This document shows positions 26,901 through 39,249 of a stretch of 64,000 bases of DNA, piece by piece (position 1 is the stretch's first letter; every line of letters starts with the position of its first letter). A program made the translations under genes and the position numbers. This DNA is from Eledone cirrhosa (lineage: Eukaryota): NCBI GenBank assembly GCA_964016885.1, contig OZ024740.1, positions 159,898,001-159,962,000 on the forward strand, read 5' to 3'. The notes beneath the pieces were generated by a model. It had not been told where the DNA came from, ran no database searches, and saw only the letters and a list, made by a program, of their open reading frames with translations.

Positions 26901-27294
26901 ATTTATATATAAATTTTCATAAAATTGTAGGAATCTCAAATGCAGAAGTAGCTGAAAAGCAGCCAGCTGATATTGTGCAGAGCAAAACATTGTGTTGAAT
27001 ATAACCTCATATTGAGTGAAAGAACGATCAGAAAAGGGAGAGATTGAAAAGGAATGAGTCTAAAGTATGAGATAGAATTGCGAGGAGTATATAGACAGAG
27101 AAGAAAAGAGAAAGGGAAGGGTGGTATGAGAAAGATGGAGAAAAAGTTTTCTCTATTTTGGAGAATTATGGAAGAAAATATAGTGGAGAAAGGATGAAGA
27201 ATGTAAACCAAATAAAAATAAAGAACTATAGTGTCGTAATGACCTCATCATCTTCCTTTTAACCCAACATAGTTTCGTGTGGAAATCATCATCA

Positions 27295-27635
27295 TTTTCA
27301 TCATCATTTCATTTTTACGTCCGCTTTTCCCTGCTTGCAAGGGTGGGATGGGAACTGATTCTGGCTTGATTTCTACAGCTGGATGCCCTTCCTAACACCA
27401 ACCTCATTTACAGTGAGTGCTGGGTGCTTTTTTGCCGTGGCACCTCTACGACCACTTTGCAATGGAATGATATGGACCCCAGTCCTATCATCTCATTTCT
27501 ACAGCTGATTAAACTGGATCAATGTGAAATAAAGTGTCTTGCTCAGGGAAACAACACATCACCCGGTCTGAGAATTGAACTCACAACCTTTCGATTGCAA
27601 GCCCAATGCTCTAACCACTAAGCCATGTGCCTCCA
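27295..27635 (-). mobile_element. Full-length tRNA-derived SINE (family A)
   Basis: On the minus strand: A box TGGCTTAGTGG, B box GTTCAATTC, GAGCAAGACACTT core, RTE-derived tail. Confidence 0.92.
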
Positions 27636-29021
27636 TGTATATATCATAATTTTTATGTCCACTTTTCTATGCTGGCATTGGTTGGATAGGATGTTTTGGG
27701 ACAATATTTTACAGCTAGATGCCCTTACTGACTCAAACACTTTAAGTTGCCTCTTACAACAATCAGGGGTATTGAGTACCTGTTGTAAAAACTATGACAT
27801 ACATGGCATAAGTGTGTTTGTGTATATGTACATGTGTAGTCTTCCTCACATTTAGCTCCCTTCTAAATATCACTTTGAATATCTGTCAAACACTCTGGGA
27901 AGGAAATGGCAAGCACAGCTATGTTGTTAAGAAGTTGTCTTCACATGTACGTGTTTTTGGTTTTCAAACCATTGTGCAGCACCATGTACAAGTGTATTCT
28001 AGAGTATCATCATGCTGACTAATGCTCTGAGGGGGAATTCTAGTAGATAGAAACCATCTGGAAGGCCATCGTATGTATATATATATATGTTTGCATGTGT
28101 TTGGTTCTGTATGTGTCATCATACTTGGTAGCCAGTGACATTTATTTAAATGCCACATAAGCAATATGACACACAACTCAGCATCTCAAAGTCTGTGGAA
28201 TATGTTTCTTATTTAATTTTTATTTAAAAACAATGGTTGACCTTAGGTAGAACATCTGGTCATAGAATGTTGTCTCAGAAAATGTTTTGTCCAACATGTT
28301 AGCAAGCAAAAGCTAATGTAAAAACGATGATGATGACTCTGTCCACAAAAAATATTCAAAGAAAAAAAAAACCCCTTTACAGGAATAATTCTAGACATTT
28401 TGAGATTTATTATTCTGCTGGTGCCACTCTAGATTTAATCTACAAGTTTACGAAAGTTTGGGAAAGTACTGATGTTTATCGAAAACTAAATATATCATTT
28501 TGATTTTAACTTCAATGATTTACTAATGCATTTTTATTTTATTCCTTTATTGATTGATAATAATGCAATTTTGAAATGGACAGTCAATGGTTGAATGATT
28601 TAAGTCCTTGCATGTTTCTTTGGTACATTGAATTTGTATTCTGATGGCATTGATCACTTTCCTTCAGCAAGACACTTAACTCAATATGTCTAAAATCAGT
28701 AAAAGGAAATATAATATTAAAGGAAAACGTATAAAATGTAGCAATCCAATTGCTTTCATTCAAAGTATATGTCCAACATGTTTTCCATTCTTCCAGATAA
28801 TTAAGTCTAGATGAAATACCTAGTCAGCAAGCAATGATCTGGGTTATTAAACAACAACATATGGAATGTTCTTGATCCATTGGCAGACATGTGTGTCTAG
28901 GAAGGGAGTGCCTGTGTCAATCAACTTTCCCTATAATACTTGTGTTTCTGTATACATACTTATACATGTATGTTTTTATGTATGTATTTATGTATGTATG
29001 TGTGAGTGTATTTGTGTATGT

Positions 29022-29097
<76 letters not shown>

Positions 29098-29503
29098 GTG
29101 AATGCATACGACTTACTGGTTAGAGTGCTCTGCTCATGATCATAAGGTCAATTCCTTGCAGTTTGCTGCGTCCATGAGTAAGGCAGTTTATTTCCTATTA
29201 TTCAACTAGAAAAAAGAATGAGTTGTACAATGTCAAACAGTGTCATAATGAATATCTCTGCAGTAAAGGTGCATGTCTGTAGAATGCTCACTTGCATATT
29301 GGTTGTATAAATGAAATTCTCATCACTGGAACCAACAGAATTCTAAGAGAACCAACACAAAACACATACATCAGATGATGACAAACGTGAGAATGAGCAT
29401 ACCATACTGAAGTAGTTAAATATTCTTTATTATGGCTAAGTGATGAATCTTGATACTCTGGAGTTTCATCTGCATACTCACAGAATCTTCAGATAAAACA
29501 TTG

Positions 29504-29610
<107 letters not shown>

Positions 29611-30016
29611 TTGGAGTATATGTTGGTTGTATACCAACACCTCAGTATGCAGAATGACGCACTCGACGAAGTGTGCAGGTTGGTTTGGTTACTCCGGAGT
29701 AATGTAAAATAAAATAAATAAGTCAAATTTTTTAAATTTGGCTTCGTTTATTACTGCTATATATATTTTGGTGACAGCCATCTTTGGCTGTGACCTCTTC
29801 AGGCAGTCCGAATTAGTGTGGTAGAGACGAGTACACATGTTGTTGAGGTGTTTAACTTTGTCAATAGTTAAACACCTCAACAACATGTGTACTCGTCTCT
29901 ACCACACTAATTCGGACTGCCTGAAGAGGTCACAGCCAAAGATGGCTGTCACCGAAATATATATAGCAGTAATAAATGAAGCCACATTTTAAACATTTGA
30001 CTTATTTATTTTATTT

Positions 30017-30018
<2 letters not shown>
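29611..30018. mobile_element. Palindromic hammerhead-bearing mini-element (family 1)
   Basis: 153-bp inverted arms 29705-29857 and 29866-30018, 8-nt loop, about 95-bp tail on the left only, flanked by (TA)n. Confidence 0.9.
29916..29970 (+). ncRNA. Minimal type-I hammerhead ribozyme, intact core
   Basis: ACTGC-CTGAAGA-GGTCACAGCC-AAAGAT-GGCTGTCACC-GAAA-TATATA-TA-GCAGT. The mirror copy at 29753-29807 (-) has GAAA changed to AAAA. Confidence 0.9.
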
Positions 30019-30048
<30 letters not shown>

Positions 30049-30128
30049 CATATGAGAGGTCAGTAGCTACACCTGAGTACTGACACAGCCTGTGAAGACC
30101 CATCCAAAGACAAACATTAAATGATCAT

Positions 30129-30161
<33 letters not shown>

Positions 30162-30559
30162 AACACTCACACACTATCAGGAAAATCTAGTGGGGCAATA
30201 ATGCCTTGTGAGAACTGACTTGGACAAAGCTAACCCATCCAACTCTTGCTTGCATCGGAAAGCAAACATAATTGAGGATGATGATATATCATCCAAATCA
30301 TTATAGGGTATTGATCAAAATGACACAGTTAAATATTGAGAAAGCTAATTGATAAAATGAATGGTAATGTTTCCTTCTGACCATTAGACCGATAACCCCT
30401 CACATTTCAGTTTATTCTATTAGCTCTCTCCTAAAGTCATGCTTCTAAACTTCACCTCACAATTTGAGTTAGTTTCTACTGTTAATAAATAATATTACAT
30501 ATTACAGTTTACACATCTATCGATTTCTTTACACAATATTTATTGTTTTTATGTACTTA

Positions 30560-30840
30560 CAAGTATGTCCATATAATCATTTGATAAGATATATACACCA
30601 TCTCCTCTCCCAATCAACATAATCAACCACACAAAAAAACAATTAAACCAGGCTATAAGATTAAAAGGCACCTATGAAGAAATAATAGATAAATAAACGA
30701 CAGCCATCTATTCGCGATCAATAGCTATAGAATATTTACCCAGCATTTCAATAGCACATGGAAATCGATTAAATATATCGTCAACCAAACACAATTAGGT
30801 ATAAAATTAAAGTTAGAAGAAAAAATGTATATAAACAGAT
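30560..30840 (-). repeat. Diverged copy of family 3 arm
   Basis: High similarity to 26605-26880. Confidence 0.65.
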
Positions 30841-30865
30841 AAAGACTTAAATGCACACACACATA

Positions 30866-31015
30866 TAGGCGAATCGGCACAGTCACTAGAACATCGGATA
30901 AAATGTTTTATGGTATTCATTCTGGCTCTCTGAGTTCAAATCCTGCTGACTCTAACTTTGCCTTCATCTTTTCGAGGTCGATAAAAAAAGTGCCAGTCTA
31001 GTACTGGCATCAATT
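30866..31015 (+). mobile_element. SINE family B copy
   Basis: GAGTTCAAATCC B box followed by AACTTTGCCTTCATC..TCGAGGTCGATAAA, as in the 9616 and 43937 copies. Confidence 0.65.
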
Positions 31016-31190
31016 CTTCCCCTATATCTCTTTCTCATTTCCTCTCTCACTTTCTATCTTCCTCTGGAAGAAATCTGCTGTAATCAGGCCTGGAGAGGGA
31101 TGGGCTCCGTGAGGCTTAAAATACCCAAGAAACACTGTATGTCAATACGGCACCCCTATGACTCTATCAGGAGTTATGTGACTATATCAT

Positions 31191-31243
<53 letters not shown>

Positions 31244-32051
31244 CTGACATTTAAATGTACACACATACAGAGAAACAAATACTGATGGGAAGAATGTTTG
31301 TGTGAGAAAGAAAATGAAATAGACAGTAAAAGGAAGAGTTGAAGAAATAGACAGCTTGAAGAGTGACTGAAGAGGAAGGAAAGATAAAATAAAATAAAAT
31401 AAAATAAAGCGTCCTATTTTAGAAAATATCTGAATGTTGTAAAATTATAGAACATTCTTCCCCAACTGCCTGTGTGGTTCCTTATTATATCACATCCATT
31501 CAATTTCAACCATATTTCTGCATCTCTTTTCATGAGATGTCCCTGTTTCTGCAAGAGAAACACTGAATTCTTCAGGAAAGGATCTTGATCACTACTCTAA
31601 AGTCTCTGATTGATTGAAAAGTGATGTTGTTTCAAGACAGACAAACTTTAATGTTTATTATATAGATATCTCTTGGTCTATCTGAGTACACACACAAATA
31701 AGTTTTGAGGAAAACTAATTATAAAAGGAATCAAACACAGTGTGCAAAATATATTGTATTGGTACAAACACAATAGTACATATGAATGATCAGTGTGTAA
31801 AGACATGCTAGAGTGCTAAACAAAAAACAATGTAGTAGAGATAAGGTGAGGAAGTTTTGGACAGGGTTAAAAACAGATATCAGGATGCTAGATCTCACAA
31901 AGAGAAAGGATGAAGAAAAGAGATGAATGGAAGGATGTGGTGCCACAGCAGATTTGTCCAGTTCATGCAAGTATGGAAAAATGGACATAAAATGTTAATA
32001 GGAATGATGATGATGATATCTCTCTCTCACTATATATACATATATATAATG

Positions 32052-32321
32052 TGGAGGCCCGTGGCCTAGTGGTAAGGGTGTTGGACTTACGATCATAAAG
32101 TTGTGGGTTCGATTCCTGGGTTGCGTATGGTGTTCTTGAGCAAAACACTTCATTTCACATTGTTCTAGTATAATCAGCTGAAAATGAGTAGCAGGAATAG
32201 CTACAATGGACTGGCATCCTATCCAGGGGGGAGTCTTGTACTCTCAGTCGCTTCATGCCATGAAACCAGGATAAGCACCGGCCAAATGAGCCTTCTGGTT
32301 TAAGACAGATTTTCGACTTTT
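32052..32321 (+). mobile_element. tRNA-derived SINE (family C): head and core like family A, different tail
   Basis: TGGCCTAGTGG A box, GGTTCGATTCC B box, CTTGAGCAAAACACTT core; 3' half is unrelated to the RTE tail. Confidence 0.8.
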
Positions 32322-33182
32322 ACATATATATATATATATATATAAAGTAGAAGTGGTATTTAATTTGTTGGAAGTCCGACAAACATAAATGTTTATAACT
32401 GATTTAGAGCACTCAACAAGACTCTGGAGTTAATATTTAATGATATTAAATAAACGGAAACTATATTTATAAAACAATATTTATTTTATTTTATATATAT
32501 ATATATATATATACAGAGAGAGAGCTGAAAAATAGCTTTCAACATGTTAAAATATCCCCCACACACGTACAGACACATTCCTACTGACCGATCCCTCTAC
32601 CACGAATTACTCTGCTACACACACACATATTTGTCTTAATAAGTACCTGAACTGTTGACCTGTCAACATGACTGCAATTCACACACACACATCCCTACTG
32701 ACTATTATCACAACAAAGAACCTCTTTACTACACACACACACACACACACATATTTGTCTGAAAAGACTTATTGTTCAGTGACTTCTCAATCAGGCGAAA
32801 AAAGACACTCTTCCACAAACCTACATTTGGCGCAAAATTCATTTTTAACATTCACGTGACCTCTACCGACCAATCAAAATTGTTTTGACCACAAGAATTT
32901 TTGCAACACGAATTGGCGCAAAACTTATTTTAATACCTCTGGAGCCACTTTTTTCACATAAAACAGGTAGAATTTCCAAAACTGATCAGATTAGAGCAAA
33001 CATCACGGGCGCTCTATCTCAAAATTATTTTTGAAAAGCATTAGAAATGCACAACCGGTAAAAACTTAAAACCAATACTTATTACTAATTTTTACTTATT
33101 CCTAATTAAACTATTTTTCACTGGGAACAATTTGTCAGCATTTTCTTTTCCTTTTACCAATATATATATATATATATATGTA

Positions 33183-33286
33183 TATTGTTATATTTTGGGA
33201 GGGTCATACAGCCAATAAAAAAACACATCCATCTGTTTCAACACACATTTTCAGATAAGATAAAACATCTTGCAAAACAAATACAA

Positions 33287-33290
<4 letters not shown>
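33183..33290. repeat. Tiny remnant of the 48.5-52.7 kb PLE termini
   Basis: TATTGTTATATTTTGGGAGGGTCATA matches 48477 onward; ATCTGTTTCAACACACA...TTGCAAAAC matches the tail at 52623-52665; flanked by (TA)n. Confidence 0.7.
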
Positions 33291-33317
<27 letters not shown>

Positions 33318-33321
<4 letters not shown>

Positions 33322-33527
33322 TCATCATCATTTTTACGTCCGCTTTTCCCTGCTTGCAAGGGTGGGATGGGAACTGATTCTGGCTTGCTTTCTACAGCTG
33401 AGTAAACTGGAGCAATGTGAAATAAAGTGTCTTGCTCAAGGAAACCACACATCACCCGGTCGAGAATTGAACTCACAACCTTTCGATTGCAAGTCCAATG
33501 ATCTGACCACTAAGCCATGTGCCTCCA
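33318..33527 (-). mobile_element. SINE family A, internally deleted
   Basis: Head and tail intact; the segment between the two TTTCTACAGCTG copies is missing. Confidence 0.9.
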
Positions 33528-33618
33528 TATATATATGAAAATGAACATAAAAGAGATAATGATGATGATATCTCTCTTCTTCTTCTTCTTCTTCTTCTTC
33601 TTTTTCTTCTTTTCTTCT

Positions 33619-33730
<112 letters not shown>

Positions 33731-34249
33731 ATAATTTTTTTCTAAGCTAGCTGCATTGCTTGTTTCCTTCTTCAGATTTCAGGATATTTACCCACAATTA
33801 ATTATTAAAGCAAGTGGAATGCACAAGTGTGTAATATATATATAAGGAATTTATTTAGTGTGGATATAGTCACACCTCTTAAAATACTTCCAGCATTTAA
33901 TGATAACGAAACAGTAAATGGCTCTTTATCATATATTTGTTCTCTCTCTTGTTGGTTCTCTGCCAAATCTTTTATAGAACATTCTTAAAATTTATATCCT
34001 GTATTAAAAATTTATTTGGTTTTGTTCTTCTTCATTTGACTTTTGACAAAAGATATAGATTTCTGTCGGTAATTTTTATGTATTGGTATTATGTATCTGT
34101 GTGTACATTGGACTATTTGAAAATTAGTATATGCACGTGAATTGATGTATGTATGTTTTCAAAGAATCATAAACAAGTATTTATCTAAAGCAAAGTATAT
34201 GCATCAGTGTATCAGGAAACCTGAAATATAGTGTGTGCATATATGTGTG

Positions 34250-34321
<72 letters not shown>

Positions 34322-35800
34322 AATATGTATGTACAGATATACACACACACACACACACAAATATATGTATGAATGTATATATATACACATACATGTGTGT
34401 GTGTGTATTTATGTGCTTGTGGTATATGTATGTGTAAATTGTAAATACACACCACATCAATATTTGTAGAATTAATTATTTGAACTGCACAAATCTTCAT
34501 TTGCATAAGAAAAACACACACACACTCCCACCTTATCCACTAACACACACACGAACACAGTAACAATATAACCCAGTGCCAATCTCTTGTGTCTAACTAA
34601 ATCATATATCACCACTCTTCGGTCATTAGAGGTTCAAAAACACCATTAACAATATCATTTTAATCTTTACATTTCTCAGAAGAGATAACTCTTTTTTTCT
34701 CATGAATGTTCACTTATTTCAGCTGCTGCTGCTGTGGTTGTTGTTGTTGTTGTTCTTCTTCTTCTTTGTCTTCTTCGTCTTGTTGTTGTTGTTGTATAAT
34801 GGCTATTATTGTTCTACTAAATGATTTCTTGACAGAGAAAATTAAAGTAGAATGCTACAATACCATAGGGAGAATGTCTGACTATTACAATAAAGTGTGA
34901 CCTTGCAGTCTAATAGGGAGATTCACTAACTGATGTTCTGTTGCATACCTATTGCTGATATATATAGATATATTTAATCTCTTTTCTCACCCACTCGCTC
35001 TCTCTCTCTTTCTCTAAATAAATAAATTTATAGCACTCTCACATACGCACATATATAAACATACATACACATACCTGGCCACACACACACACATACATAT
35101 ATATATGTATATTTCTGTGTCTCTGTATATATGCGTGATTTTTTACTCATTTTTTTCTGTTCCTTTCTATTTTTACTCTCTGTCTTTGTATTTCATCTTT
35201 TATATTTCATTCTCTCTTTGAAAGAAGGACTAGTGTCCAAAACATACAGACTCTTTTCCTCCTATATCAAGCGTTAAACTATTATATATAATTATTCTGT
35301 GTCATTTGTTTTGTTAATTCTCTTTACTTTTGAAATATATATATATATATATTTATGAGGGAAGCATTCTAGGTGCAAAATTCATGGTCATTCATGACTG
35401 AAGGGGTCTTTATACAAGTGCACACACACATGATATATGAGACCCAGGTTCAATTGGGGTTAACCACAGTTAGTAAGGTACTCAGTACATTAGTAAAGTG
35501 TAAATATCATGTTTGATATAGAAATGACTTCTGCAGGATCGTTCCATTAAAAAAAAAAAAAACAATCAGGAAGATTGAAACAGTTTTAGTACTGTAGAAG
35601 CCAAACATGATATATATATATATATATATTTTTTTTTAGTTATTGCTCGCACCAACCTGAGGTATCTGATTTTTAATGCGATGAAATACCAATGATGGTT
35701 GGAAAATCACTGACGAAGGACTATTTTTATCATATGTAACCCATGTACAAACCACACAGTATTCTTCTTTCTTCTCATGTTTTTTATATATATATATATA

Positions 35801-36960
35801 TAGTAGAATAATCGAGAATCGGAAAAACAGCTCACGAATTAACGATAAACAATATCCGATATGTGTGGCAGAGGGCTCAATAATTTGGATAAATCAGAGC
35901 TATAACCATCGTTAAATTACCAACACATAGGGATTATGCCTAAAATCACCCGTACTGCCGAAAAAGAACGACCAGGAAGATTCGGGTCACTCAAATAAAA
36001 TATCAATAAATCAATAAATTAAATGAATGTAAAAAACTTACCCGGACCCGCTAGAAGGGTGTTAAATCTAACTTCTTGGGTTTCTGCAATTCCTTAATCC
36101 ATTCACTATCAGCCCACATAAAAAATATATAAGACTTCTAGAGAAGGACTGGGCGCGGAAGAGCTTTCTCAACGGGTTCCGTTCGATAATAAAGAAGGGA
36201 CCCTTAGCCAGAAACGCACATGGTACCCAGCAAGGGAGATAACCTCTATATTAGCGAAAGAATTCGGTAATGTGCAAATTATGTAAGAATACAAAATATC
36301 ACATATCGAATCAGAGTGCTCAACAGACGTGTTAAAATAAACAGGAGCTATTCATCAGTCTATAAGATCGACAAAAAAATAATCAATAAAATTAACTGGT
36401 CAATAGCTAAGGTCTAGAGCTAAATATAGTAGAATAATCGAGAATCGGAAAAACAGCTCACGAATTAACGATAAACAATATCCGATATGTGTGGCAGAGG
36501 GCTCAATAATTTGGATAAATCAGAGCTATAACCATCGTTAAATTACCAACACATAGAGATTATGCCAAAAATGACCCGTACAGCCGAAAAAGAACGACCA
36601 GGAAGATTCGGGTCACTCAAATAAAATATCAATAAATCAATAAATTAAATGAATGTAAAAACTTACCCGAACCCGCTAGAAGGGTGTTAAATCTAGCTTC
36701 TTGGGTTTCTGCAATTCCTTAATCCATTCACTATCATCCCACATAAAAAATATATAAGACTTCTAGAGAAGGACTGGACGCGGAAGAGCTTTCTCAACGG
36801 GTTCCGTCCGATAATAAAGAAGGGACCCTTAGCCAGAAACGCACATGGTACCCAGCAAGGGAGATAACCTCTATATTAGCGAAAGATTTCGGTAATGTGC
36901 GAATTATGTAAGAATACAAAATATCACATATCGAATCAGAGTGCTCAACAGACGTGTTAA
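35801..36960. repeat. Near-identical 535-bp direct repeat (35801-36335, 36427-36960), period about 625 bp
   Basis: Seen directly; CpG-rich relative to flanks; starts in (TA)n; unique sequence continues to about 37130. Confidence 0.92.
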
Positions 36961-37251
36961 GAGTATTACAATCGCTTGCCAGGTTCAGATGTGGGACACT
37001 TGGATATGGCCTTTCAAGCCTGCTAGAGACTTGCACTCCTTCTCACATTGACGACCACTTACTATTTCTCTTTGAACATGGCTGTGACTGGGCCTCGCGA
37101 GACCAGATTTGCTCACGCAAATTTTTTTAATATATTTATGTATATATACATACACATATACACATACCTCTGCTTCTTCACCTGATTTGTGGTCTCCCTG
37201 TTCTTGGCACTGCAGACTTTATGTATATACATATATATAAAAATATATATA

Positions 37252-37783
37252 TATATATCATAAAACATGTCTATAGAATCACCAGATAAAATATATACCA
37301 TTTCCTCTCCCAATTAGCATAATTAACTATATAAAAAATCAAATAGACCAGGCTATGAGAATAAGGCTTCTATGAAGAAATGTCCAACAAATAACCGAAA
37401 CTAGTTATTGGAAATCTCAAAATGCGGATGAAACCATGGTAGAGGTAAATAAATGTATTCACTTTTCTCCTAGTTTATTTTACACCTAATTCTGTTTAAT
37501 TGACTGTATCTGGGCGATTACGCTGACAAAATATTTGATAAACAATACGTCACAGCCGACGCGAAGGGCTAGTGTCGGTTATTTGTTGGAGATTTCTTCA
37601 TAGAAGCCTTATTCTTACACCCTGGTCTATTCGATTTTTAATATAGTTAATTATGCTAATTGGGAGAGGAAATGGTATATATTTTATCTGGTGATTCTAT
37701 AGAAATGTTTTATGATATATAGCTCTGATTATTTAATTTATTAACTTTTCATTGAGCCACAAAGTGACCCGTTGCAAAACACG
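37252..37783. mobile_element. Palindromic mini-element (family 3)
   Basis: Inverted arms 37252-37404 and 37569-37721, about 62-bp tail on the right only, (TA)n flanks, hammerhead 3' half GAAA-CCATGG-TA-GAGG at 37430-37445 followed by AATAAA. Confidence 0.8.
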
Positions 37784-37821
37784 TATATGTATATATGTTT
37801 ATATATATATATATATTTAAC

Positions 37822-37973
<152 letters not shown>

Positions 37974-38116
37974 ATATATATATATATGTATATACATATA
38001 TATATGTATATATATGTATAGATATAGATATATATATATATGTATATATATATACAAATATATATATATATATATAAAAATATATATATGTATATATATA
38101 TATATAGAGAGAGAGA

Positions 38117-38321
38117 TTTTGAGTTTATGTTGGTTGTATACCAACACCTCAGTATGCAGGCTGGAGCACTCGACGAAGTGCGCAGGTTGGTTTGGTTACT
38201 CCGGAGTAGTGTAAAATAAAGTTAAATAAAAAGTCAAATGATTAAAATTTAGCTTCGTTTATTATTCGTAATAAACAAAGCTAAATTTTAATCATTTGAC
38301 TTTTTATTTAACTTTATTTTA
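38117..38321. mobile_element. Short family-1 palindrome (tail + 53-bp arms, no ribozyme)
   Basis: Tail matches 29611-29704; arms 38212-38264 and 38269-38321 surround a TTCG loop. Confidence 0.88.
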
Positions 38322-38412
38322 TATATATATATACATACATATATATATATACATATATACATATATATATATATATACATACATATATATATATACACAT
38401 ATATATATATAT

Positions 38413-38443
<31 letters not shown>

Positions 38444-38462
38444 CATACATATATATATATAC

Positions 38463-38497
<35 letters not shown>

Positions 38498-38517
38498 AAC
38501 ATATATATATATATAAC

Positions 38518-38560
<43 letters not shown>

Positions 38561-38583
38561 ATACATATATATAAATATATATA

Positions 38584-38952
38584 TATGAGAGACGTAAAAT
38601 AAGAAAATTATAAAATTAACTTACTTACTAAAATTTCACTCCCAACTAATTAGTTTCTGAAATGGAATAAATATACGTTCCGAAGAAAATTTACAGAAGC
38701 ATTTCGTCGTCAGGGAAGACTATTCTCAGCTAAATATCCAGGCAAAGCGAGGACTCTGGAAACTTATACAAAAATAATTCAGTGGATAGAAAATAGCAAA
38801 GCGTGGACTCAATTCCTAGCCATTGAGAAAATCACTGCCTCTGCGTCGGTGGCAAATTCAAAAAGAATCAATCACGTGACATCGAGGTCAATCAGTGGAA
38901 AGTGGTTTGCTAATAAGACAGCGGCCTGCCTGCTACCATAGCAGCAGTCATG
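38584..38952. repeat. Interspersed repeat, partial copy of 52889-53441
   Basis: High identity to 52890-53260; joined directly to a SINE tail at CATGG. Confidence 0.85.
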
Positions 38953-39104
38953 GTTGTGGAGGTGTCATGGCAAAAAAGCACCCAGCACTCACTTTAAATG
39001 AGGTTGGTGTTAGGAAGGGCATCCAGCTGTAGAAATCAAGCCAGAATGAGTTCCCGTCCCACCCTTGTAAGCGGGGAAAAGTGGACGTAAAATGATGATG
39101 ATGA
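38953..39104 (+). mobile_element. 3' part of SINE family A
   Basis: Matches 60575-60723. Confidence 0.85.
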
Positions 39105-39249
39105 TTATATATATATATACACGTGTTAAAATCACAGCACAGCTGTAAATATGTTTCGTCTGTCTCAATGCATTTTCAATATGGCTATTTGATTACATAA
39201 ATTAAATTGCAAGAATCATTATGGAAAAAAAGAATCCATGTAGAGATGA

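Noticed and set aside
31410-31600. About 60-codon open frame on the minus strand
   Set aside because: No recognisable homology or consistent splice pair.
32780-32930. E2F-like TTGGCGC, E-box CACGTG and CCAAT cluster as a promoter
   Set aside because: Short motifs in a probable repeat, with no linked gene.
35801-36970. LTR pair of a TRIM
   Set aside because: The first unit lacks the TACA end, both start TA and not TG, and no PBS or PPT was seen; kept only as an unexplained tandem.
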